64,000 bases of DNA from Octopus sinensis (lineage: Eukaryota). The position numbers and the translations under genes were made by a program. This document shows, piece after piece, positions 50,768-63,601 of the stretch (its first letter is position 1; every line of letters starts with the position of its first letter). The notes under the pieces were generated by a model, which was given only the letters and a program-made list of their open reading frames with translations, had not been told where the DNA came from and ran no database searches. The stretch is taken from positions 6,820,001-6,884,000 of the forward strand of contig NC_043008.1 in assembly GCF_006345805.1 (NCBI RefSeq), given 5' to 3'.

Positions 50768-50890
50768 TACGACAGGCTTCTTTCAGTTTCCGTCTACCAA
50801 ATCCACTCACAAGGCTATAGCAGAAGACACTTGCCCAAGATGCCACCATGAGGTTGGTTAGCAAGCTACTTACCACACAGCCACTCCTGC
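50489..50890 (-). mobile_element. SINE-B with B-box region deleted
   Basis: B architecture. GCAGTGGGACTGAACCCGGAAC is missing from the head. Confidence 0.9.
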
Positions 50891-51340
50891 ACCTATCTGA
50901 TCAAAAATTACTGATCAAAAATTAATTTGAGCAGCAGGAAAGCATTGCTGTTCAAACCCCGGCACATCACCGACGTTGCTCAGAAACCATCTTAAATGCG
51001 AATACGACGTGTTAGCTCGGTTCAGTATAATAAAAACAGGTACTACTTATTGTACATACCAATCTGCATAATTAATGAGTAATTCATTATCTACAGGTGT
51101 GTTGAGATATATCAACAGCTTTATCAAAGATAACAAATAACGTAAAAGACGTCTGTAGTCACGCTAGTTATTTTAGTTAATAGCAAATCCGGACGTGGCG
51201 CATGTCTATGTCTATATGTATACATGTATACGTGTATGTGTGTATGCTTGAAAAGTATATGTATACATACACAAATGCATACATACATAATGCAAACATA
51301 CATACATATACACACACACACACATATATATACAAACAAA

Positions 51341-51387
<47 letters not shown>

Positions 51388-52628
51388 TAATGCATACATA
51401 CATTCATACACACATATGTGTATATATGTACGTTTGATCTGAGTATGACTTTAAACTGATTCTGGTCACAGGGTCCTGTAAAATGGATATCCAGAAGAGT
51501 GGAGCCACCGCTTAGGCACTATTGCTGCCAGGTCTACACTGATTGGTGGGCAGTTGCTCCTGTCAGAGTTTCAGCTAGGGTGGTGCCCTGTTTCCTACAG
51601 AAAACTAGTCTGGAAAACAGGCTGGTGGATACAGCCACCAAAGAGATAGGCACGGCAGCTGAAGCAAAGGCGAAATGACTATGGTTGATAAGAAACAACA
51701 AATGGAACCCTTCAACAGTCCGCGCTGCCTCGGTCAGGCGAAGTGTATAGATAAGGCGCGAAAATGTTGTGACCCGGTAATACCTTCTGACGATACGAAA
51801 ATGTTTCCAGGCAGATTTGCGATGGATTTAGAAGAGCTTGCAAAACCTCTGTGTAGAATTTTTTTGCGTAATAAGATAAAAAAACCCAAGGCTGTGTAGA
51901 TATTAGAGCATTTATAGATAGGTCTTACAGTTGTTTTTAGGATATTTATTAATTATATCCCTTCATCGGAGACGGTGTGAGAGGATATTTATTAAATATA
52001 TATATATATATGGGGGGTATATATTATTATATATCTACATGCATAGAAAAATGCACATATTTACATGCACACGCATGCATAAAAATGTAAATACGTATAT
52101 ACATAGAAGCATACGTATATACGTAACACACACACAAGCACGAACATGTTTAGAGATGTGCATATTTATATACCTTCAAAAGTACACCTATATATATATA
52201 TATATATCTATACACACACACGCATATACATACATACATTCACACACGTATGAATACATACATACATAAATACATGCATATAAAAAGCTCTTTACTGTTA
52301 TCATATGTTGTTTCGGGTGTGTAGTTACTGTTGCTTCAATGTTGCCCAGTCGTATGAAAATAAAATATACATGCCGTTCGCATATCACAAGTTGGTGTTG
52401 CGCAGCTGACAGGAAATGCATAATTATCCGAAATCCAAATATGAACGCCCTCCCGAAAAAAAAAAAACGTTGCTGTAATTGTGTTTACTCAAATAAGATT
52501 TGTATTAAACTGGTGTTTGTTATTACACTATCTCTTCACAAACACAACTGCTTTGAATCATTTAATAACGTACACCCTAGGCTCTCTCACGTTCACTTTC
52601 ACATATTTCCTCTCTCTCACTCTCTCTT

Positions 52629-52662
<34 letters not shown>

Positions 52663-53683
52663 ATATATATATATATATATAGATATAGATATATATATAA
52701 TGGGACAAGAACGCAAACATCCAGACATTTAGGTGATACACAAGAAAGGGATAACAAAACATCCAGATAGATGTTACAAAGGAAACAAGGACAGCTCGTT
52801 CGGAGTTTTCTTTCCTCAGTCGAGTTCCGGATTATCTATGCAATTTCGGCTAGCTATACTCGAAATTGCTCCAATGTGGCCAGCCCCAAGGAAAAACTAA
52901 GCTAAGAGTATTAGATTCTTTGGAAGAAAGACGCGAATGAATACGAAAACAAGGGCGAGAGAGAGAGAGAGAGGGAAAAGAGCGAGGGAGTAGTGGTACA
53001 ACAAGGCACCAATGTTTACTGGAAATAGCAGTCGATAAGTTTACGATGCTATTAGTAAAGCTTCATTGGCAAAGAGGTGCGAGGGCAGCGAACATAAATA
53101 ATTTCGTGTTACCTCTAGGAAGAACATTAGATAAATGGACAACCCAGAATTGGATAATGCAGGACCGGTTTCTAACTCTTCAAATACGTTTGTCAACGTA
53201 AATTTGATCAGTCTTCATCAGCTGAATTTACCTAGACAATATTTAAAATGTTGCTACATCAATGCCAGTATACTCGCCTGAACGCTTAGCCACTAACAGG
53301 ACCGAGAACAGTGAAAAAGTTTTCAATGAAAAATAAAATATTGAAATACAAATGTATTACTTTCCAGTAAAATAAAGAACCGTAAACGTAGAAGTATATA
53401 TAAATATATATCATAAAGGGTAAAATTAATTAATCAATTAATAATTAATACTTTTAGCAAGTAGTTCGGTTTGTTAAAAGAACAATTATAGGTAAACTTA
53501 TACAAAAATTCTATAATTATGAGCATAATTATAATTAGGGCTCAGCAAAATTTGCTTCACCACATACCGAAATTTAGAAATAGCAGTTAAAAACTACTAT
53601 CGTACTACCATAAGATATCTCCCAGACGCATACTCGACAACTATGCTCATAGTTATAGAATTTTAACACACACACACACACAC

Positions 53684-53747
<64 letters not shown>

Positions 53748-54350
53748 TGTGTGGGTGTTAACCATGCAATTCGACAAGTAGTTTAGAAATAGCAAATGGA
53801 CTCCATATTCTTCGACCAATGAACATATATGCGCGCATGAGTGGATGTATGAGTGTAGGCATCGGACTGTAATTGTGTGCATGTGTCTGTCCATATAAAC
53901 ACACACACACATACACACACGTGTGTACATGTGTGTGTGTGTATGTAGACAGATAAATAAGCATATTCCTAGCTAGAGACGCGGAACCTGGATAAGAAAA
54001 TAGGAAACGTGCAAACGTGATATTATTTATTCATTTGGAAGGAGTTTTTGTTCAAATCTCATTTTTCAATTTCTGTTGATTTTCCAAACGAGGGGATGGA
54101 GACGGTGGGGATGTTTGAATATATAATTGTTATCCTTCGTGTTGTATATATATTTATCAGAGAAGAAGACAGGAATGTGCGAGTGAAGACGGAGAAGACC
54201 AAATTTATTTTATATTAAACACACACGAACACACAGATAAACACAAAGAAGCACAAACACAAAAAAAACAAAAACTGAAACACATAAAATTATGCATACA
54301 TGAATATATTAACATACATTAATATACACACATATATGCTTTCATATACG

Positions 54351-54583
54351 TTTCTTTACTACCCACAAGGGGCTAAACATAGAGGGGACAAACAAGGACA
54401 GAAACACGGATTAAGTCGATTACATCGACCCCAGTGCGTAACTGGTACTTAATTTATCGACCCCGAAAGGATGAAAGGCAAAGTCGACCTCGGCGGAATT
54501 TGAACTCAGAACGTAGCGACGGGCGAAATACCGCGAAGCACTACGCCCGGCGTGCTACCGTTTCTGCCAGCTAACGTCTCTGC
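54351..54583 (-). mobile_element. SINE-A long-tail monomer with 19-bp TSD
   Basis: Flanks CATATATGCTTTCATATAC (54331-54349) and CATATATGCTTACATATAC (54584-54602). Minus-strand 3' end GTAGTAAAGAAA. Confidence 0.92.
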
Positions 54584-54629
54584 CATATATGCTTACATAT
54601 ACACACACATATACATATGTGTGTGTAAA

Positions 54630-54954
54630 GGTGCGTGGTTGAATGGGTAGAGCGTTGTGCTTACAACCATGAGGTGATGGGTTCGATTCCCAGACCGGGC
54701 TGTGCGTTGCATTCTTGATCAAGACTCTTCATTTCACATTGCTACAGTTCATTCATCTGTAGAAATATGCTGCGATGTCACTGGTCCCAAGCTGTATCAG
54801 CCCCTTCTGCCTTACCCTTGAATAGCACCGGTGGCATAGAGAGGGGGGGCTGCTACGCATGGCCGTCTGCTGGCCTTCCATAAACAACCTTGTGTCCCAG
54901 AGAGGAACTATCAAAGTGCAATTCCATAACCATTCATGGCCAAAGCTGGGTCTC
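54630..54954 (+). mobile_element. SINE-D (Val-TAC-tRNA-like head, CORE/V-like body)
   Basis: A-box TGGTTGAATGG, anticodon-like loop CTTACAA, B-box GGTTCGATTCC. No acceptor-stem closure, and it continues into a ~250-bp body. Confidence 0.75.
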
Positions 54955-54979
54955 TAGATATGTTTTTTGCTAATGTTAA

Positions 54980-55188
54980 GGCGGCGAGCTGGCAGAATCG
55001 TTAGCACGCTGAGCGAAATGCTTAGCGGTATTTCGCCTGCAGCTACGTTCTGGGTTCAAATTCCCCTGAGGTCGATTTTGCCTTTCATCCTTTCGGGGTC
55101 GATAAATTAAATACCAGATGAGTATGGGGTCGATGTATTCGGCTTTCCCCTACCCAACAAAATCCAAGCTTTGTGCCTATAGTAGAAA
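54980..55188 (+). mobile_element. SINE-A short-tail monomer
   Basis: Head, core and tail TTGTGCCTATAGTAGAAA. Confidence 0.9.
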
Positions 55189-55227
55189 GCAGCATCTCAC
55201 CTTTGGTTTAGTTCGATATGTCGTATG

Positions 55228-55622
55228 TTTTACATTTTTCTTGTTTCAGTCATTAGACTGCGGCCATGCTGGGGCACCTCCTTCAAGAAGCTTTAGTCGA
55301 ACGAATCGATCCCAGAACTGTTTAAAGCCCAGAACTTATTCTATGGGCTTCTTTCGCCGGATCGCTTGGTTAAAGGGACGCAAACACACCATCACTGGTT
55401 GTCAAAAAGTGCTGGGAGACAAACACAGACGCAAACACACACACACACACGCTCATATATACGACGGGTTTCTTTCAGTTTCCGTCTACAAAAAATCCAC
55501 TCACAAGTCTATGGTCAGTTCAGAGGTATAGTAAAGTACATTTTCCCAAGGTGCCACGCAGTGGAACTGAACCCGGAACTATGTGGTTGGGAAGCAAGCT
55601 TCATACCACACATCCACACCTA
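55228..55622 (-). mobile_element. SINE-B, more diverged
   Basis: B architecture with substitutions throughout. Confidence 0.85.
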
Positions 55623-56248
55623 TAGTGATTATATTGAGTTGACCAATAAGGGTGAGACTTAAGTGTCACCTTTCATGGTTTCTTCTACCAGTCAACCATC
55701 CAGCCGTCGGTTCGCTTGTATGAAGGATGTAGAGGAGAGCAGAGAGAAGTGAGCCTGGGACTGTTGAGTGGATGTGGAACGGAACCTACGAGCCACGTGG
55801 AACAGTGGCTATTGCAATGGCGACAGGAGACAGTCACGGAAAGGAGACAGCAGACACGTGTGTGTGTGTGTATCTGTGTGTGTGTGTATGTGTGTGTGTG
55901 TGTGTGTTTGTACATGCATTTATATCATCTTAATAACGTTACTGCATACTTTACAAACATCCTCCATAGGAATCAGTCACCATACGCTATTATACGACAG
56001 GAATTCTTTTACTGGAAATCCATTACACACCAACACACCCACACATATACTTTAAAAAAATTCCATATGTGGCTGAAGAGAGGTCTACATTTTAAAACTG
56101 ATGTAATACTCTTACATTGTTTAATTAAATGAAGTAGCATGAAACGCTTGTACTACACTACCTTTGGATATCCTGTTGCTTATTTTAACTATATATATAT
56201 ATAGATATATATATATATAATTATATATATATTATATATATATGTATG

Positions 56249-56284
<36 letters not shown>

Positions 56285-56314
56285 GTATATATATATTATA
56301 TATATATATATATG

Positions 56315-56356
<42 letters not shown>

Positions 56357-56366
56357 AATATATATA

Positions 56367-56398
<32 letters not shown>

Positions 56399-57997
56399 GC
56401 ATGCGTGTGTGTGTGTGTGTGTGTGTATGTATAAAGAGAGAGAGAGAGAGGGACACAAAGGGGGAGACAAACAGACAGACAAGTAGATAGTTAGATAAAG
56501 AGCAATTAGAGGAGAAAGTATGTGATAGAATAATATATATATATATATATAAGAAATCAAATAGTATAGAGATATCTCCAATTAGCTTCCATGTCGACCA
56601 TACACATTCTTCATATAACCTAAACCGCTTCAGAAATGGCGATTTTCATTCTTTTGAAATCCAGAAAATCTATCTGTCTTGAACAGCTGCGAACATCATA
56701 CAAACTATAAATTGCCCGTCCTCTATAAACACTGATCTCTCTCTAAAAACTGTGTGTCTGTGAGAGTGCACCCGTCTTTGCGGCCAGACACAAAAGAAAT
56801 TAATGCGTTGAAAAGGTTAGTTGGTGAAAATAATGCAATTATTAATTGCGGATATCTATTCAGTGTACACTTAGTGTTGTCACTGATAAAGAAATTACGG
56901 GAGGTGTTTGCAGGCATTGACATCTGGAGTCGTACAGTGATAGCCGAACAGACAAGTCTACCGGAGACTGAGTGAAGTGTAGTATTGCTCATATATTAGG
57001 AGTTGTATTCTCCGTCGAAATGAAGTGGTTGGATGATGGATAAGGAAATGAAATACAATCAGTCAGGAATGTTGAGATCAAAAATGTTTGAAGCATTTCT
57101 TCATTAAGTTTCTGATTTAGTCTGTAATTCGTTATTTTATCTGACTAATGGGAAAAGATACAAAATATATTTGGGAAAATTACAGCCGTACAGATGCTGG
57201 TGGATTTAGCAATGAAGGAACTCATTTCTTCTCTCGTTAGAGCGACGAAAAAAATTCGTTTTTGTCTTTAGTAATGGTTCTCTATTTGCTAAATTCAAAT
57301 CTTATTGACATTAACTTAGCTTTTAATCTGTCGAGATTGATAAAATGATGTACCAATCAAGAAAGTGAATTAATTGACTCAGCTGTTCTTGCAAAATATC
57401 TAAGTTTGTTCAGATAGTAAACATGAGTATTGCAGTCTAGCGTCTTATCCAGAGAAAGCGGATTAGTCTCCATTCAAAAAGAGGAAATAAATTCTTGCTC
57501 TTAGAAGTTTGTAGACCATTTGTAATACAATTAAATAACGTAATAATCCTATGATCCACGCTAATGAGGTCTGCGACTCTTGCTGGGAAAAAGCTGATTC
57601 AAAAAGACAAAAAGAGCTTAATTAGAACAGACCGCCCCCGCTCCTTATGTAAGACAAATTTAAAGAACTCACGAAAAGCGTTAATTCTTGTGATAGACAT
57701 CTAATTCCTAATAATTTTCAGCCTCTAGCTCGTTACAAGATTAGTTGTTTTACAAATAGTCTTCTACCACTAGAAGATGCTTTTCCTTCCAAGCTCATTC
57801 TGGCATTCTGCAGCATCTCAACCGAGTGCGATTCCCAGAATATCTACCAAACCATTTTTTTTTACTCTACAGAAAAATAATTTTAGAATTTCTCTCCTAA
57901 TCAATAAACTCCGTCCGGTTATGTAGAAGAAACACACACACACGCACACACACACACACACACACCACACACACACACACATGAATGTATGTCTGAT

Positions 57998-58150
57998 AAG
58001 GCAATGGGGTAAAAATGTTCGCCTTGCACCCACATAGTTCCGTAGTCGACCATATAAAGTGGCACCTTAAGCACGTTCCTTCTTCCATCATTTTTAATTA
58101 ACTGCCCAACACCATGGATATGGAATTCGGTAAATTGCAAAGAAGCCCGC
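57998..58150 (+). mobile_element. Old SINE-B 5' half
   Basis: GTGGCACCTTAAGCACG..GAATTCGGTAAATTGCAAAGAAGCCCG resembles the B head and CORE. Confidence 0.5.
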
Positions 58151-59491
58151 AACACACACATACTGTCTGGGGAGAGTCATTTTCTTTTTGTGCCATATAA
58201 TTTAACACACTCACCGGTAAAATTTCCACGTATTTCTTATTTTTATTTTCCTAAAATTTTCGTTGCGTTTTTCAACCTTTTCAATACTTCCTGATTCGGC
58301 AAGGGATGTGGGAAGATTTCTAAGTAAGGCATTCTAATATGATCCCTCATTGTGAGGTTCTAAATGTGTTTTTTTTTAATGTCCATTACTTTTATAATCA
58401 GATCGCAAATCAGAGGTCGAATTACTGCAACTTTCGTGTCGATTGTTAGTTTTTGTTGTTGCTTTTGCTCAAAGATAGGGAGAGACATTCATACCAGGCA
58501 CTGAAAGGATCAATTCGGTTGCTGGACCATTCCCCAGAATCCATTCATCATAGAATTATGGTGTCTCGTTTTTTTGACCTGAGATCGTTGGAAAATAGTG
58601 GCACATTGAAAGCATAAGAAAGTTAGTAGCACATTGTAGTCTGTACGTATGCTGTACAATGCCGTATATTTTTATGCTCTGAACTTTCACCTTAGTTTTC
58701 CCCTCTGATTCCGCGAGTTATCAATGACAAACATGAAAAGATATCACATGAGGCAATCTCTTTGATGTATAATAGATATCAAGAAAGATATAATCCATAT
58801 CCACCATGGACTGCTTCTGTTCCCTAATGCTGTTTAATAAAGTATATTTGACGATGAGAAAGCTGATGCAACGACATAAGCTACTTGGAGGATTTAGCTC
58901 TACTAAATATCACGGAAATATATATTTCCTTTCTCTAGCACACACACACACACACACATACATATCTATGTTAACTGAAAATAAAGGAAAATTAGCTTCT
59001 GTTGTTAAGATGAAATTACATTTCCATTAAATAAATTATTCCATATTTACGCACAAAGCTAGCAATTTAAAGGAAAGCGAACGAGATTGTATCTCATTGC
59101 TATTTTCTCCGAAGGGAATTCTCTATGTAAGGCAGTAAATATGCTTCACCGGGGAATCGATTGCCAACTACTTAGCTCTTGTTTTACCCTACTCTCCATA
59201 ATTTTCATCAAATATATGCCTCATATTTATTTAGACTCATCATTCATTGAGACTTCAAAATGTATATATACATCTCAATACAGAATTTCTTACACACCCA
59301 CACAGATACACGAGCAAACGCGTGCACAGATAATGGTTTTTATTTTAGATTATCGGAACAATTCAAACATTAATATTTATTATCACAAAGAAGTTTCGAT
59401 GTAAAGAAAAATCCAGCTGAATTCAATTTCCAAACATAAGTCAAAGCCTTAATAGAAAAACTGGGAAAAACGCTAGAAATATGTTGGTCAG

Positions 59492-59705
59492 AATATTATT
59501 GGTTTCCAGTTTTGGTACAAAGCCAGCACTTTCGGGGGAATGGTAAGTTGATTTTGTCGACACCAGTGCTCAGCTTCTACTTGTTTTATCGACCCAGAAA
59601 GGATGAAAAGCAAAGTGGACCTAAGTAGAATTTGAACCCAGAACGTAAAGACAGATGACATGTGTATTTTGCCCGGCGTTCTAACGATTCTGCCAGCTCG
59701 CTGCC
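59492..59705 (-). mobile_element. SINE-A monomer
   Basis: Core TTATCGACCCAGAAAGGATGAAAAGCAAAG and head TTCTGCCAGCTCGCTGCC on the plus strand. Confidence 0.88.
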
Positions 59706-59719
59706 TTTCTGACCAGAAT

Positions 59720-59933
59720 AATACAGGTTTCAAATTTTGGTGAAAGGCTAACAATTTCGCGAAGGGCGGAATATTGATTACATAATCCCAGTGATCAACT
59801 GGTACTTCTTTTATCGACCCCGAAAGCATGAAAGACAAAGTCGACCTCGGCGAAATTTGAACCCAGAAAGTAAAGACGGACGAAAAGCCGTTTAGTATTT
59901 TGACCGGCGTGCTAAATACTCCACCAGCAGCCT
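59720..59933 (-). mobile_element. SINE-A monomer
   Basis: Core TTATCGACCCCGAAAGCATGAAAGACAAAGTCGACCTCGGCG on the plus strand. Confidence 0.85.
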
Positions 59934-60684
59934 TAATTTGCTCAGAGTAATATTAACAATGATACGAGTTTACGAGTTTTACAATTTGGTAAGGAGGATG
60001 TGCAACCAATATCGACACCATAATTTGGAATAGCAAAGTCTGGCAAACCCCAACCTTTCTGCCTATGCACTGCTTTCATATCCTGTCTAGAGACACCCTG
60101 CTGATTACACTCACTGCTTTTCAAGATTTGTAATAACTAAAACGGTATGCTGTAGAATATTAGTTACACGTGTTGTATTATAAAAGCAGAACATTCAACT
60201 GAGAACTTGAACTTATTTCCTCGACACTATAAATCTGTACTTGCAACAGCGTGAGTTAACACGAGCATAATTTAGGGAAATTAATATTAAAATATTTAAT
60301 AACTATTACAGCGGCAATGTGAATTAACATTCATTAGACTGAATAATTAACTGGGATCAAAAGGTATGAGAAGGGTAACTCTTATTTAAATTTGAATAGT
60401 AGTAGTGGCGGCGGCGGCGGCGGTGGTGGTGGTAGGGCGTTTGTGCGGTGGCGTGATATGCAGCGGGGGTGTAAGTCTGGCATTTAAAAGACCTGGTAAT
60501 TACGGAGGGGATTTCCGATGTAGGACGAGTTATATGAATGCGTAGCAACAACCCTGCCCCTCTTTGCACCAAAAGATAAAACAATGTTTAGGGTACAGTT
60601 TGGTTAAAGTTCTAAAGTTATGGATTCCTATAAAGACCATCAGAAATTACAAAGGCTAACATCTCAGACGTGGCTGTGTAAGGC

Positions 60685-60842
60685 GCAGGCGTGGTGGTTG
60701 TGTGGTAAGAAACTTGCTTCTCAACCACATGGTTCCGGGTTCAGTCCCAATACATGGCACCTTAAGGCAAGTGTCTTCTACTATAACCTTGGACAGACCA
60801 AAGCCTTGTGAGTGGATTTGGTAGACGGAAACTGAAAGAAGC

Positions 60843-60897
<55 letters not shown>

Positions 60898-61110
60898 CTG
60901 AGTTTGTCCCCACTATTGCTTGACAACCAGTGTTCGTGTGTTTATATCCATGTAACTTCGGCAAAAGTGACCCGTATAACAAGCACCATGCTTTAAATTA
61001 AAAAAAAAGAAACAATAAGCACTGGGACGATTCGTTCGACTAAAAAATCCTTCAAGGGGGTGCCCCAGTATGGCCGCTGTCTAATGACTGAAAGAAGCAA
61101 AAGAAAAAAG
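60685..61110 (+). mobile_element. SINE-B full length
   Basis: Head, CORE-like, (TA)n(TG)n spacer, 3' module. Confidence 0.88.
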
Positions 61111-61171
61111 ACAAAATATGTGTGTGTGAATAGTGCAAGGGCAGTTCCTTGGTATGTGTAGCACATTTTTG

Positions 61172-61820
61172 GGTGCCGGTGTAGTATGTAATCTATATAT
61201 GCCATTGTGATCTACAGCAACTTAAATCTAGACTAGACTTGCTTGTGATCTACATTCAAAATTTTATTATAAATTTGCAAATGAGTGATCTTTTACAAAA
61301 TAAAAAAAGTTCCAGAATTTTCACATAAAGTCAGTTTACAATTGATTTTCCTATTCAAATCAGGGTAAGGCGAAAGCATATTTCCATGGAGCACAGACCT
61401 AAATGTTTGGCATCCCCTCTTTGTGCAGTGAAAAACAGGACAGACAAGACCTCTTATTTTTCTTCCTTTTTCCGCCATTTCTCCTCCACATTTGCTTCAT
61501 GGATCAATATCTCCATGTTCGTCAAGGGGTTCATAGCATCGGAGAAATTCTATAGCAGTTTTTTCATCTTGAATAACCTGTGAGTAAAATTCTTTTGCTC
61601 TCATCACAATTTCTTTCATTAGGCCCAGAAATAAAAGTGTTTAAATCATAAAAGTTTGTTTTTTGATTTATATACCAAACCAACCGGAAGTCAATTAGAT
61701 AGATAAATTTCAAATGTAGATCAGAAAGTCGGTGTAGATCACAAACTAAACCATTTGAACTAATGTAGATCAGAAGTTATACCAGAAACATGTATTTAGA
61801 TCACATACTACACCGGCGCT
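61172..61820 (-). mobile_element. Merlin (IS1016/IS1595-related) DNA transposon, internal-deletion derivative
   Basis: TIRs GCCGGTGTAGTATGTAATCTA (61175-61195) and TAGATCACATACTACACCGGC (61797-61817), 20/21. Subterminal TGTGATCTACA repeats are inverted at both ends. Contains a transposase N-terminal remnant. TSD not clear. Confidence 0.78.
61293..61577 (-). pseudogene. Merlin transposase N-terminal zinc-ribbon fragment
   Basis: In frame after an AG acceptor: VIQDEKTAIEFLRCYEPLDEHGDIDP*SKCGGEMAEKGRKIRGLVCPVFHCTKRGCQTFRSVLHGN..KLTLCE. The TGA occupies the first Cys of CxxC. Matches the Merlin pattern DE..AIEFL..CxxCG.M..CxxxxC..S.R.G. Confidence 0.75.
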
Positions 61821-62769
61821 GTGTTTTGTGTGTTAGGGTGGTAGGTTGGAGGACGACTGTGAGGTCTTCCTTCATGACCGTAGTGCATATTTGACGTGGA
61901 TATTTAGGTTGCATATCGGATGAAGCTTGTGTGTGGCAAGTTGAGGAGAAGTGAGAGATAAGTATAATTAGCAGAGAGGCTTTACATGCGAGAAATTCAT
62001 TAGAAAAGAAATGGCCTTTAAGAAAACAGAGAAGAAATATCAGTGTCTTTCTTTTGTGAATGAAACTGAACAGACAACTAAGAGAAGTGGGAAGTGGGGT
62101 TAGCAGCAATGGAATGTGCTCGAAAGGGAGAAGGTTTGTAGTGGGTGTGATGTCAGGCAACAACTGTTAGTAACATCACCTCCTACAGTTTGAGAGAAAT
62201 AAATATAAGATGAGCGCATAAATGAAATGTTTCGTGAGGCTGTTGGTACGAGTGGAGGGGTGGGGTGGGGGAAGATGTTGTCGTTGGTGATGGTTATGTA
62301 AACCGGTGCTGGTAGTTGAGTTGTTATGTAAGTAGAAAGATGAGGATTGCGGTCGGGCTGCTGATGGGGTGAGCGGAAGTGTAAAGGATGAATCATTACT
62401 CGCTGCTCTACTTCTCTGAGTGAATGTTGCAGAAAAAAAAAGAAACAAAAATTGCGGGTTACATTGTTGGGTGTGTCGTCATCATCATTATCATCATAAT
62501 CATCGTCGTCGTCGTCATTGCAGTCAGCGACTTTGAATTCGTACTCTCCGTCGTTACCATAGTCATTATCATCATCATCATCATCATCATCGTCGTCGTC
62601 GTCGTCGTCATCATCGCCGTCATCGTCATCATCATTATCATCAACATTGTTGTCGTCGTCGTCGTCTTCAACAGCAAACGGCCTCTTCGTGGCTGCTCGA
62701 CCTGCTAGAAGTAGTAACTAATTCTGTCTCAAATCGTGCTAGCGATTTTGGCACCTGGCTGCCTCAACC

Positions 62770-63320
62770 ACAACGACAACGACCTGATGCAGTACCAGGC
62801 AATGGCTCTCATGGCTTCTCATTTTTACTGATTTACATTGTTTTGTCTTGGTACAAAAGATGGGCTACAGCAAATATTCTGCTCAATACCACAGATTTGC
62901 TGGTCAGTTGTTTGACCATAACCAGTTGAGCATGTCCCTTAGTAGCTGATGATATGTGCATCTCTGATCACGAGCAGAAGTAGTGGGGGAGCATCGTAGC
63001 CATGTGCTGAGAGGAATTCTTTGGGTTTGGATAATTCACCTCTGGAAACATAGGTGTTTCGTTCAACATCCTTAAACAACCCTTATTCAGGGACCTTTCG
63101 AGCAGGATGGGTTACTCGACCAGAAGAAAATTCTAACGGGGCCCCACCTGCAAGGTCATGTGCTGTTTATCTTGATATGAATCACCATGTCGCGCACATA
63201 TGGTTGAGATGCACGTGCTTAGTGTAGCCTTATTAGACGGGTAGTCGTGATGGGTATACTGGGTTTCGTATATTTTACCCCAGTGATACTTTGATGACTT
63301 GCACTGCTCTCTCACTCAAT
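62770..63320 (-). mobile_element. Unclassified non-coding interspersed repeat bounded by TAA repeats
   Basis: Compositionally distinct ~550-bp block ending at AATAATAATA. I recall it as an abundant Octopus repeat, but there is no second copy in this window. Confidence 0.4.
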
Positions 63321-63435
63321 AATAATAGTTTCAAATTTGGGCAGAAGTTGGGAAGACGATTACGTTCACCGCAGAACTCAACTGGTTCTTGTTTTATCGA
63401 GCCCAAAAGGATGAACGGCAAAGTCAACCTAGAAG
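63320..63435 (-). mobile_element. Degenerate SINE-A 3' fragment
   Basis: TTTTATCGAGCCCAAAAGGATGAACGGCAAAGTCAACC. Confidence 0.65.
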
Positions 63436-63436
<1 letters not shown>

Positions 63437-63468
<32 letters not shown>

Positions 63469-63550
63469 AATCATAATAATAACAACAACAACAACAATAA
63501 TAATAATAATAATAATATTAATAATAATAATAATAATAATGATAATAATG

Positions 63551-63600
<50 letters not shown>
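63437..63600. repeat. (TTA)n then (TAA)n microsatellite
   Basis: Direct reading. Confidence 0.96.

Positions 63601-63601
<1 letters not shown>

Noticed and set aside
52790-52825. Minus-strand CTGAGGA..CCGAAC..GTC as a hammerhead
   Set aside because: Lacks GAAA, and stems I and II do not pair convincingly.
53200-53224. Minus-strand CTGATGAAGAC
   Set aside because: No GAAA or stem III follows.
54630-54700. tRNA-like sequences (Val-TAC-like here; Arg-like at 22950, 26715, 41250)
   Set aside because: A/B boxes are present, but the acceptor stem does not close and each runs into a repeated SINE body. They are SINE heads, not tRNA genes.
54783-54850. GGTCCCAAGC..GAGGG resembling a twister ribozyme
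   Set aside because: The upstream UAA cleavage loop and pseudoknot partners are absent. The segment is better explained as the V-like body of SINE-D.
56850-57860. Possible very old Penelope ORF (SLLPLEDAFP, ECDSQNIYQT)
   Set aside because: No catalytic motif is recoverable, and the similarity is too diffuse to call by eye.
59942-60124. KGWGLPDF resembling the L1/Tx1 GGLGLPDF motif
   Set aside because: A single short motif with no flanking support.
62255-62272. G-rich runs as a G-quadruplex (also ~45998)
   Set aside because: Only three runs of three or more G, and no functional context.
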